Shown: positions 9,116 to 17,477 of the stretch, one piece after another | How positions within the stretch are numbered: the first letter of the stretch is position 1 | Layout: each line of letters starts with the position of its first letter | NCBI GenBank assembly: GCA_963750165.1 | Contig: CAVVPN010000012.1 | Span: 928,001 to 992,000, forward strand | DNA length: 64,000 bases | Origin: an uncultured Gemmataceae bacterium | GTDB taxonomy: Bacteria; Planctomycetota; Planctomycetia; Gemmatales; Gemmataceae | Direction: 5' to 3' | The notes under the pieces: model-generated | The model's database searches: none | The model's input: only the letters and a program-made list of their open reading frames with translations | What the model was told of the DNA's origin: nothing | Translations under genes and position numbers: made by a program

Positions 9116-10400
9116 GGGCGGCCGCCTTCTCCGCCAGCTTGCCGCGCGCGAGCAGGCGGTGCGCCCGGCTGAAGTCGCCGGAGCACAGCGCCCCAATGAT
9201 CGACAGTTCGCCCGCCAGGCACAGCGCCGCCGTCACCTCCGCGAGCGCCTGCGCCTTGCCGGGGCCGGCCAGCCCCAGCACCTCCAGGCACGCCCGCTGC
9301 GTCGGCAGACCGGTGCCGCCGCCGACCGTGCCGACCATGATGTTCGGCAGCGTCACACTGGCGTACAGGTCGCCGCCCTGCACCTCGAAGCGCGTCACGC
9401 CCACCGCCGACTCCGCCACGCACGCCACGTCCTGCCCCGTCGCCAGATACAGGGCGGCCAGGCCGTTGGCGTAGTGGCCATGCACGCCCACCGTGCCGCT
9501 CAGCACACCGCCCAGCGCCGACATCCGCCAGTAGTTGACCATGTGCTCCGGTGTCGTGTGCAGCCTTTTCTCCACCAGCGCCGCCGACAGCAGCGCTTCC
9601 GCCGACACTTTTTTGCCACGCACCAGCAGGAACGACTGAGCGCTGGCCTTCTTGTCGCCGGACAGGTTCGCCTCCACGAACGAATATTGCGGCGCCACCG
9701 GGCTGGCCTCGCGGATGTAGTCGCAGACGGCCTCGGTCGCCAGCGTCACCATGTTCTGGCCGGAGGCGTCGCCGGTCGTGAAGTCGAAGCTCAGATAGAC
9801 GTGGTTGCCCTCGATGGTGATGCGCAGGTCCACCAGCTTGCCGTGCCGCGTGGTCGCCTCGGCGCGGCGGCGGAACTCGTCCATCTGCGTGGTCACCCAG
9901 GCCAGGAACAGGCCCGTCTCCTGGAAGTTGCGGAAGGCGAAGCCGGGGGCGCGGCTGACGCCCTCGTTGAGCACGACCGCACTGCAACCGCCCGCCTCGC
10001 TCAGCAGTTGGCTGCCGCGGCTGTACGACGCCACCAGGGCCGCCTCGGTGGTCGCCAGCGGCACGTAGTAGTCACCCTGGGCGTGCAGACCGTTGACGCG
10101 CAGCGGCCCGGCCAGGCCGATCGGCAACCGGACCACGCCAATGAAGTTCTCAACGTTGTGTTTGTAGCACTCGCGCTGCTCCAGCGTCAGCGCGTCCAGC
10201 AGAGTGGGCCGGGCGTCCGCGGCGACGGACAGCAGCGCCCAGCGGCGTTCGAGGGCCTCGGCGGACAGGTCGGCGCCGCCGGGGATTTTCGGAGCGGGGT
10301 TGTCGGTGCGCGGCGCGAGGCGGCGCACCAGGTCTTCCTGCGTGCGGCCCTGGAGCAGACGCTCCAGGTAGCCGCTGGCGTGGCGGTGGTCGGCGGACAT
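9108..10400 (-). CDS. hmgA: Hydroxymethylglutaryl-CoA reductase (class I-like)
   Basis: ENFIG, PLATTEAALVAS, TGDASGQNM, GTVGGGT, GELS, C-terminal His. Confidence 0.9.
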   Translation of the reverse strand: MSADHRHASGYLERLLQGRTQEDLVRRLAPRTDNPAPKIPGGADLSAEALERRWALLSVAADARPTLLDALTLEQRECYKHNVENFIGVVRLPIGLAGPLRVNGLHAQGDYYVPLATTEAALVASYSRGSQLLSEAGGCSAVVLNEGVSRAPGFAFRNFQETGLFLAWVTTQMDEFRRRAEATTRHGKLVDLRITIEGNHVYLSFDFTTGDASGQNMVTLATEAVCDYIREASPVAPQYSFVEANLSGDKKASAQSFLLVRGKKVSAEALLSAALVEKRLHTTPEHMVNYWRMSALGGVLSGTVGVHGHYANGLAALYLATGQDVACVAESAVGVTRFEVQGGDLYASVTLPNIMVGTVGGGTGLPTQRACLEVLGLAGPGKAQALAEVTAALCLAGELSIIGALCSGDFSRAHRLLARGKLAEKAAAHE

Positions 10401-10571
10401 GGGCTTCTCCTTGGGGAGTGGATGTTTGCGCTCCAGGATACCCGGACGGCTGCTGCCGTGGCAACGGCTCCCAGGCGTGCTGAGACCCGATCACGGCTAC
10501 GCGCCGTCGTTCGCCCTTCTGCTCGAGGTAGTTGCCAGGTATAATCGGGCGCGATTTTGGAGGGCCATCGG

Positions 10572-11439
10572 ATGAGCAATGAGCGCGAAGTGCTGCGCGA
10601 CTGGCACCGGCTGTTCGGCCTGCTGCTGACCGACTTCTTCAGCGGCTCGCCCTTTGCGGGCGAACTCGAGCGCGACCTTTCGGTTCAGCAACAATTGCTC
10701 GATGTGCTGATCGTGCGTCGCGGCCGCGGGCGCTTCGCCGGCCGGCTGCCTGATGGCCTCGAAAATCTGCGACCGCATAACCTCGTCACCTTCAAGTCAC
10801 ACCACGAGGCGCTGACGCCGTGGGCCATGAAGGAGTTGACCGGCCTGGACGTGGCCTACCGCAAGTACGTCAACCCCTCGCCGTCCGACCTGCTCCCCGA
10901 CGATCACTTCGGGCTCTACGCGGTGGCGGCACGCTTCCCGCAGAACCTGGCGGCGCAAGTCCCCTGGCAGCAGCGGCAGCCGGGGGGTGTACGATTGTCG
11001 GTGGGGAACGGATACGATCCGCGTGGTGGTGCCGGGCGAATTGCCGCGCGAGCCGCACAACGCGCCGCTGCACCTGTTCAGCGCCGCGCCGGAGTTGGTG
11101 GCGTTCGGCAGTGGTGCCTACCGGCAGCGTTCAAAGAACACAAGCGCGCTACTCAAGCAGTTGTTCGAGCGGTTTCAGGGGGAGGGCTTGACCATGACCT
11201 ACACGATGCAGGACTTCCAGCGCCTGTACGCCAAGGATCACTTTCACGAGTTGACGCCCGAGGAACAAGCGGAGGTGCTCCAAGCGCTGCCGCCGGAGAA
11301 ACAGCAGGAGGTGTTGCAGGCGTTCCCGCTGGAGCGGCGCCTGGCTGGATTATCCCCGGAGCAGATTCGGCAGTACCTGGACCGACTCACCACCGGGAAG
11401 CCTGCCGCGCCGCGCAAGCCGCGCCGCAGGAAGTCCTGA
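10572..11439 (+). CDS. Hypothetical protein, possibly Rpn/PD-(D/E)XK-like, frameshifted in a G run near 10985
   Basis: DLSVQQQLLDVLIV...NLVTFKSHHEAL, then GVYDCRWG in another frame; C-terminal LTPEE/LSPEQ repeats. Confidence 0.55.
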
Positions 11440-11562
11440 TCAGTGCGTCATGTGGGTCAGCAAGGTATACAGCCAGACGAGCCCGCACAGGAAGGCGGGC
11501 GCCACCACAAACACCACCGGACAGTCGCGGTCGGTCGTCGGATTGGTCGGCAGGTTGTCCAT
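11440..11562 (-). CDS. Candidate 40-aa single-TM small protein
   Basis: MDNLPTNPTTDRDCPVVFVVAPAFLCGLVWLYTLLTHMTH; GAGGA upstream; below the ORF-track cutoff. Confidence 0.45.
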   Translation of the reverse strand: MDNLPTNPTTDRDCPVVFVVAPAFLCGLVWLYTLLTHMTH

Positions 11563-11674
11563 CGCGGAATCCTCGTGCAACGGGCGGGAGCTAGATGAAG
11601 GCAACGCCGCGCAGGCTGTCGCAGCCGTCGCTCCCCAACTCTAGGTCACGTTTCGGGTCAGTGACGGGCAGCGC

Positions 11675-11706
11675 AAAAAAAGGCCCCGGCGGGCTGACCG
11701 GGGCCT
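11675..11706 (-). terminator. Intrinsic terminator
   Basis: ggccccgg/ccggggcc stem followed by T7 on the minus strand, 40 bp after the stop at 11746. Confidence 0.8.
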
Positions 11707-11745
11707 GGGCAGGGCAGGGCGTCACCGAGCGACGGTTGGTTTGCC

Positions 11746-12723
11746 TTACTTGATGCCGGAAGCCTTTTTCAGGTTGAGCCGGCTCGGGAACGGATCGACC
11801 ATTTCCACCGGGCGCGTCGTGATGCGCTCACCGAGGATGCCCTCGAAGACCGCACCGTACACCTTCTCGATCTTGACCATGCAGTGGGCGGCCATCAGGT
11901 GATGGACGCGGCCCTGGTTGCCGAGCCGCCAACCCTTGCCGACGCGGTCTCGCACAATAGCGGTGGGGATCGCGCCCTTGGCCATCTTCGCTTGCAGGTG
12001 GAGCAGTTTCACGTCGGGGCCGTCGATGGGCGGCGGCGGCAGTTTCGGGGCCAGCGGTTGGCCGGTCGGGTCGCGGTAGGTCAGGGGGCTTTTGGGATCC
12101 TGCTCGTCGGGCGGGTCGAAGGTCACCGGCTGCACGACCAGGCCGTATTCGGTGCGCAACTTCTCGGCGTGGGCTTTCCGCAGAATCGCCTTGAAGGTGC
12201 CGCCGTCGCCCTTGCATTCCTTGATGGCCTTCTCGGTGGTCGCAACCACCCATTTGGCCTCGCGCAGCATCGTGGCGGCGTCCACCGGCCCGGCAATACA
12301 GTGCAGCACGCGGCCGTCGGGAGCGCAGAAGTACGCGGCAACGTTGCCGCCCTGCTTCTGCTTGCCGACGATGCGGAAGGTGCCGACGCGCTGGAACGAC
12401 GACACGAAATACTCGTTCAGATACTTCCCGACTTGCGGATTGGCCAGAGCGTTCACACGGAGCGCTTCCGCGTTGTTTCAGGTGAAGTCGGGGTCTTCAA
12501 AATCGCCCGAGACGTGGAGGACAAGCACGAGCTTCTCCTCCTTGAGGGCCTGTCGGGCGGCCTCGCTCGGGGTCTTGAGGAACTTGACGGACGTGCCGAA
12601 GTCGCCGGTGCAGACGCCGCCATCGCCCTGCAACGGGTTCTTGACCGTTTTGCCGCCCTGGGCGTGGCCGACACCCGCGCCGAGCAGCAGGGCCGCCACG
12701 ACACCCACAAGGATTCGACGCAC
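11746..12723 (-). CDS. Secreted thioredoxin-fold protein with in-frame TGA at codon 82; candidate selenoprotein (SelN-like), 325 aa
   Basis: ORFs 12478-12723 and 11746-12456 share one frame and are separated only by TGA plus 7 sense codons; AAGGAGG RBS and signal peptide. Confidence 0.7.
12448..12466 (-). promoter_or_regulatory. Candidate bacterial SECIS hairpin
   Basis: AGCGCTC-CGTGT-GAACGCT; loop begins 18 nt after the UGA with G at its second position; short stem with one mismatch. Confidence 0.4.
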
Positions 12724-12868
12724 TGCATCCCTCCTTTCGCCTGCTCTTCCCCATCAGGGGCTGCGAAACCCACGAGTCGCGCTCGCGGGTCTTCACCCAT
12801 TATGACGACTCAGGCGGGACGAAGTTTGTAACAATCGTGTCACGAGACAGCGGCAGCCTCGTTCCCGA

Positions 12869-13040
12869 TTTCATCTCACGAGGGTGATATGAAATAACTC
12901 ATTGGGCACAAAGCAGTTGCCGTTTCGTCTCACGTTTCTCTCACACCCCTATTGGCCAAACGACGCCCGTCCGGGTTCGGTTGTGCCTGCCGGCGCACGG
13001 CGTTGCCAGTGCGAAGTGCCCGCCTGGGCACAGCCGCGCC
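12869..13040 (-). repeat. ~172-bp non-coding element, copy B
   Basis: Reverse complement aligns to 868-1040. Confidence 0.85.
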
Positions 13041-13050
13041 GCTGGGTGCC

Positions 13051-13089
13051 TGCATGGTTTACGTGCAGCGCGTGCTTTACCACCTTGCA
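13051..13089. promoter_or_regulatory. Two NtrC-like enhancer sites
   Basis: TGCATGGTTTACGTGCA and TGCTTTACCACCTTGCA (TGC-N11-GCA), centres 22 bp apart, upstream of amt. Confidence 0.45.
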
Positions 13090-13186
13090 GGCCCGGCAAG
13101 CGTCTGGCCTGTTTCGCTCCATGCCAAACGACGTTATTGTTTGCTGTTGATGCACTTATGTTGACGAGATTCGCTCAATCAGGGCG

Positions 13187-13202
13187 CGGTATGGGAATTG
13201 CT
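13187..13202 (+). promoter_or_regulatory. Sigma-54 -24/-12 promoter candidate
   Basis: CGGTATGGGAATTGCT (GG-N10-GC) about 80 bp before the amt start. Confidence 0.55.
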
Positions 13203-13280
13203 GCACCCCTCCCCAACGTGACCGTTCACTCTCCGGTTGTCCAGTCTGACGACCAACAGCGTCACGTGGAGGTTACGCAC

Positions 13281-15076
13281 TTGAAACCGTTATGCTGGGC
13301 GTTGGCGGCCCTGGTCTGTCTATCCATTTGTGGTGATTTTGCACGGGCGGACGAACCCAAGGAACCACCGGTTACGAAAAGCCAGGTTGATGATGCCGCC
13401 GCGCACGGCGACATCGCCTGGATGCTGATCTCAACTGGCCTGGTGCTGTTCATGGTGCCCGGCCTGGCGCTGTTTTATGGCGGCATGGTGCGGCAAAAGA
13501 ATCTGCTCGGCACCATGATGCAGAGCATGGTGGCGCTGGGGTTGGTCGGCATTCACTGGGTGCTCATCGGCTACTGCCTGGCGTTCGGCCACACGCAGGG
13601 CGGTTGGATCGGTTGGTCTGGCGACTTCCTGGGGTTGCAGGGCATTCTGGAGTTGAACGAGAAGGGTGAATGGGTCCACAAAACATATCCCGGCACCTCG
13701 CTCCCGATTCTGCTGCACTGCATGTATCAGGGCATGTTCGCGATCATCACGCCGGCACTGATTAGCGGGGCGCTGGCGGAACGTATCCGGTTTGGGCCGT
13801 ACTGCCTGTTCATGCTGTTGTGGGCAACGCTGGTGTACGCGCCGCTGGCCCACTGGGTATGGGCGGTCAGGCCGCTGGCCGACAACAAGACGGAACCGGC
13901 GGGCTGGCTTGGGGCGCTGGGGGCGCTGGACTTCGCGGGCGGCACGGTGGTCCACATTGCCGCCGGCTTCTCGGCCCTGGCGGCGATCCTGGTGCTGCGC
14001 AGCGCCTGGGCTACCCGGAGCACGTCAGCCATCCGAACAGCATGGTGTTGACGCTGCTGGGCGCCGGCCTGTTGTGGTTCGGCTGGTTCGGCTTCAACGG
14101 CGGCAGTGCCCTGGCGAGCAATGGCCTGGCGGTCTCGGCGTTGGCGGCGTCGCAGGTGGCGGCGGCCGCGGCGGCCGTGTCGTGGATGGTGACCGAATGG
14201 TGGCACCGCGGCAAGCCGACCGCCCTGGGCTTTGCGTCCGGGCTGGTGGCCGGCCTGGTGGCGGTGACGCCGTCGTCCGGCTACGTGCTGCCCGGGCAGG
14301 CGCTGCTGATTGGCCTGATCGCCGGCGTCGTGTGCTACGGCATGGTGTGTCTGAAGCCGGTCCTCAAGTACGACGACTCGCTGGACGCCTTCGGCGTTCA
14401 CGGCGTCGGCGGGTTCCTGGGGGCGGTGCTGACGGGCGTGTTTGTCTCGACGGCGGTGCAGCAGGCGGGCGCCGGCACGGACCCGAAGGACGTGGGCGTT
14501 GTGCTCAAACACGGTCTGGCGGCCCAGGTGGGGGTGCAGTTGCTGGCCGCGCTGGTGGCGGCGGCCTTTTCCTTCGTGGCGTCGCTGGTACTGGTCAAGG
14601 TGGTTGACGTGCTGTGCGGCGGCTTCTGCCTGGACGCCCGTGCCGAGAATGAGGGCCTGGATCGCGTGGCCCACGGCGAGGTGGCTTTCGACCTGGGGCC
14701 GGCACTCGATGTGCCGGTGGACCACACGCCGCACCACGAACCGCGGCCCGCGCTGGTGCCGCCCAACGGCCAGAAGCGTTTCACGGTCGTCGTGGACGGC
14801 GTGCCCACCGAGCAACTGATCAACATCTGGTCGCAGTTGTGCCAGACGGGCGCGGCGCCGCCGAGCACGGAGTTTCTGACGGTGTATCCGTTCGTGACCA
14901 CGGTTCAGGGCAATCGCTTCCGCTTCCGCGGCGGCGATCCCACGGTGATGAAGGAGAGTTTGCAGCGGTTGTTTCAGCAACACTTCCACGGCTCGCTTCA
15001 GACCTATCTTGAAAGCGGCCCCGGCAACGGCCGTGTCCGGGCGGACGCCCTTGTGTCCGCCGGCACACCGGGCTAG
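13281..15076 (+). CDS. amtB: Ammonium transporter with C-terminal extension, frameshift near 14000
   Basis: PGLALFYGG, DFAGGTVVH, WFGWFGFNGGS, DDSLDAFGVHG; TTG start after GGAGG; two frames joined at ctgcgc-agcgc. Confidence 0.9.
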
Positions 15077-15194
15077 GAGCGCGACTTCCTGCGGTCGTCC
15101 AGCGGACGGCCCGCACCTGCCTTTGATTGCCAGTCCACGCGGGGCACGGAACGGAGCCGTACCGTGCCCCGCTTACTTTTCCTACACTGATTCC

Positions 15195-15250
15195 GTGGGG
15201 CAGACATTCCAGTCTGCCGGTCCCTCGGCAGGCTGGAATGTCTGCCCCAC
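15195..15250. repeat. REPIN-like palindrome, GTGGGGCAGACATTCC family
   Basis: Inverted pair; second copy at 44793-44848. Confidence 0.85.
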
Positions 15251-15270
15251 GAAGAAGAGGAACTCTCCCG

Positions 15271-15624
15271 ATGAAAATGGTGGTTGCGATCATCCGCCCC
15301 GAGCAGTTGGAGGCGGTGCAGGCGGCGCTGAATGAACATGACGTATATCTGATGACGGTCAGTGACGTGCGCGGCTGCGGCCGGCAGCGCGGCTACACGG
15401 AGGTATACCGCGGCACCGAATTTCAGGTGCGGTTGCTGCCGAAGGTGAAGCTGGAGATCGCGGTGAACGAGGCGTTTGTAGAGGCGGCCGTGGAGGCCAT
15501 TGTCCACGCGGCGCGCATGGGCGAGACGGGCCAGATCGGCGACGGCAAGATTTTCGTGCTGCCGCTGGACGATTGTGTCCGCATCCGCACCGGCGAACGC
15601 GGCCCGCAGGCGATTGGACCGTAA
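15271..15624 (+). CDS. glnK: P-II nitrogen regulatory protein
   Basis: AIIRPEQL, GRQRG, YRG, TGQIGDGKIFV, RIRTGERG; adjacent to amt. Confidence 0.93.
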   Translation: MKMVVAIIRPEQLEAVQAALNEHDVYLMTVSDVRGCGRQRGYTEVYRGTEFQVRLLPKVKLEIAVNEAFVEAAVEAIVHAARMGETGQIGDGKIFVLPLDDCVRIRTGERGPQAIGP

Positions 15625-15626
15625 AC

Positions 15627-15711
15627 AAATTCACCACAAAGACACAAAGGAAGACAGGAGATTTGTTAAATTGAATTCTCCTGTCTTTCTTTGTGTCTTT
15701 GTGGTGAATTT
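15627..15711. repeat. Long palindrome, CACCAC family, between convergent genes
   Basis: aaattcaccacaaagacacaaag...ctttgtgtctttgtggtgaattt. Confidence 0.85.
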
Positions 15712-17305
15712 ATGTTGCCAGCCGTAGATGGCCGGCGTTGCCGTTGACCGTCGGCGTCGGCGTGGCGATCTTCTTGGTCTGCAACTGCATCTCCTGCACG
15801 ATGCGCTGGCGGATGGCCAGGAAGGCGGTGGCGAACTCGGGGTCGAACTGCTTGCCGCGTTGCTTCTCGACCTCCGCGAAGGCCACGTCCGCCGCCAGGC
15901 CCTGGCGGTAGGGGCGATCCGAGGTCATGGCGTCGAAGGCGTCCGCCACCGCCACAATGCGGGCCAGGTGGTGGATGTTCTCGTCCTTCAGGTTGTCCGG
16001 GTAGCCCTGACCGTCCCAGCGCTCGTGATGCGAACGCACGATCGGGATCACCGGCGCCAGGTCCGGCACCTGCTCCAGAATCTTGGCGCCCATCGTCGTG
16101 TGCGCCTTCATCTTCTCGAACTCCTGCGTTGTCAACCGGCCGGGCTTTTGCAGGATGGCGTCCTCAATGCCGATCTTGCCGATGTCGTGCAGCGGCGTGC
16201 CGATGCGGATCAGGTGCATGTCCTCCGCCGACAACTGCAAGTGCTGGCCCAGCAGCAGCGAATACTCCGTGACGCGCTGTGTGTGGCCGCCGGTGTACTT
16301 GTCGCGCAGCTCGACCGCCTGGGCCAGAATGGTGATCGTGTTGTAGAACAGGTCGCGCTGCTTGCGCAGCAGTTGCGTCTGCTCGATGCCGGCCGAGACG
16401 TGCGCTGCCAGGGCGTCGGCGAGCATCAGGTCGTCCTTGTCGAACGGCTTCTGCATCGGGCCGCGGTCCAGGTGCAAGACGCCCAGCCGCTTGCGCGGCG
16501 TTCGCAGCAGAATGCACAGCACCGACGCCATCGTGCCCTCGGCGATGCTGCGGGCACCGACCAGTTCGGGATCCTCCTCGACGCTGGAGCACAGGATTGA
16601 TTCGCCACGGCTGAAGGAACGCTGGGCGAGGTTCTGGCTGAAGCCGGTGCGCGTCGCCATCTGGCTGGCGCCGCTGGCCAAAGCCCGCAACCGCAGCGGC
16701 CCGTTGGGACCGTCGGCCAGCACGATGGCGCCGCGCTGCGCTTCCAGCGTGCTCACGGCGTCGTTCAGGATCGAATGCAGCAGATCGTCTTCGCTCTCAA
16801 GGTGGCCGAGGTGGTGGCCGGCGCGCAGCAGCGCCAGGAGTTGTTCGCCAGGCCGGGGACAGCGATTGCTGTCGAAGGCCAGGCCCTCCATCGCCTCGTC
16901 CCAACTCTTGGAGGCGGCCGCCTCAACCAGCAGATTCTCGGGGGTGGGCATCTCCGCCTCGCGACCGTCACGCAGCGCGTCCACCACCAGGGTGATGTTG
17001 CCGCAGCGAATGATGTCGTGGACCCGCAGCGGCCATTCGCCGGTGCCCAGCCGGGTGCCGTTCAGAAAGGTGCCGTTGGTGCTGCCAAGATCCTTGACGC
17101 GCCAGCCGCTCGGCGTGGCCCGGACCTCCGCGTGACGGCGGCTGACGGAACTGTCGTCGAGGACAACCTCCAGCGAGGCCAGACGGCCCGCGCGCAGGAT
17201 CGAGTCGCCCTCCCAGACCAGATTCTCAACGTCGCCGTTGATGCCGCGCAATCGAATGTGCCGCTTCACACCGCGTCTCCCTTGAGACTGCTCCCCCGCT
17301 GTCAT
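15710..17305 (-). CDS. FHA-GAF-HD-GYP phosphodiesterase
   Basis: FHA GR/VSRRHA/STNGTFLNG; GAF; HDIGK, HHERWDGQGYP; start uncertain (alternative GTG 17269). Confidence 0.9.
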   Translation of the reverse strand: MTAGEQSQGRRGVKRHIRLRGINGDVENLVWEGDSILRAGRLASLEVVLDDSSVSRRHAEVRATPSGWRVKDLGSTNGTFLNGTRLGTGEWPLRVHDIIRCGNITLVVDALRDGREAEMPTPENLLVEAAASKSWDEAMEGLAFDSNRCPRPGEQLLALLRAGHHLGHLESEDDLLHSILNDAVSTLEAQRGAIVLADGPNGPLRLRALASGASQMATRTGFSQNLAQRSFSRGESILCSSVEEDPELVGARSIAEGTMASVLCILLRTPRKRLGVLHLDRGPMQKPFDKDDLMLADALAAHVSAGIEQTQLLRKQRDLFYNTITILAQAVELRDKYTGGHTQRVTEYSLLLGQHLQLSAEDMHLIRIGTPLHDIGKIGIEDAILQKPGRLTTQEFEKMKAHTTMGAKILEQVPDLAPVIPIVRSHHERWDGQGYPDNLKDENIHHLARIVAVADAFDAMTSDRPYRQGLAADVAFAEVEKQRGKQFDPEFATAFLAIRQRIVQEMQLQTKKIATPTPTVNGNAGHLRLAT

Positions 17306-17477
17306 CCACCGGGCGGGGAAGTGCAGGATGGCATTTCGTTGTAATATAGCTCACACTTCGGCCAGTGTTTACCCCATTTTCCGACGGTGGTCACAGCCGG
17401 TTTTCCGGCAATTGGCTTTCCGCCAGGACGGCCAGCCCTTATCATCACTACACCCACCTTCTTCGATGAGGTACACC

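Noticed and set aside
13990..14010. Programmed frameshifting in amt, cheA, MCP or cysK
   Set aside because: No slippery heptamers; scattered indels are better explained by sequencing error
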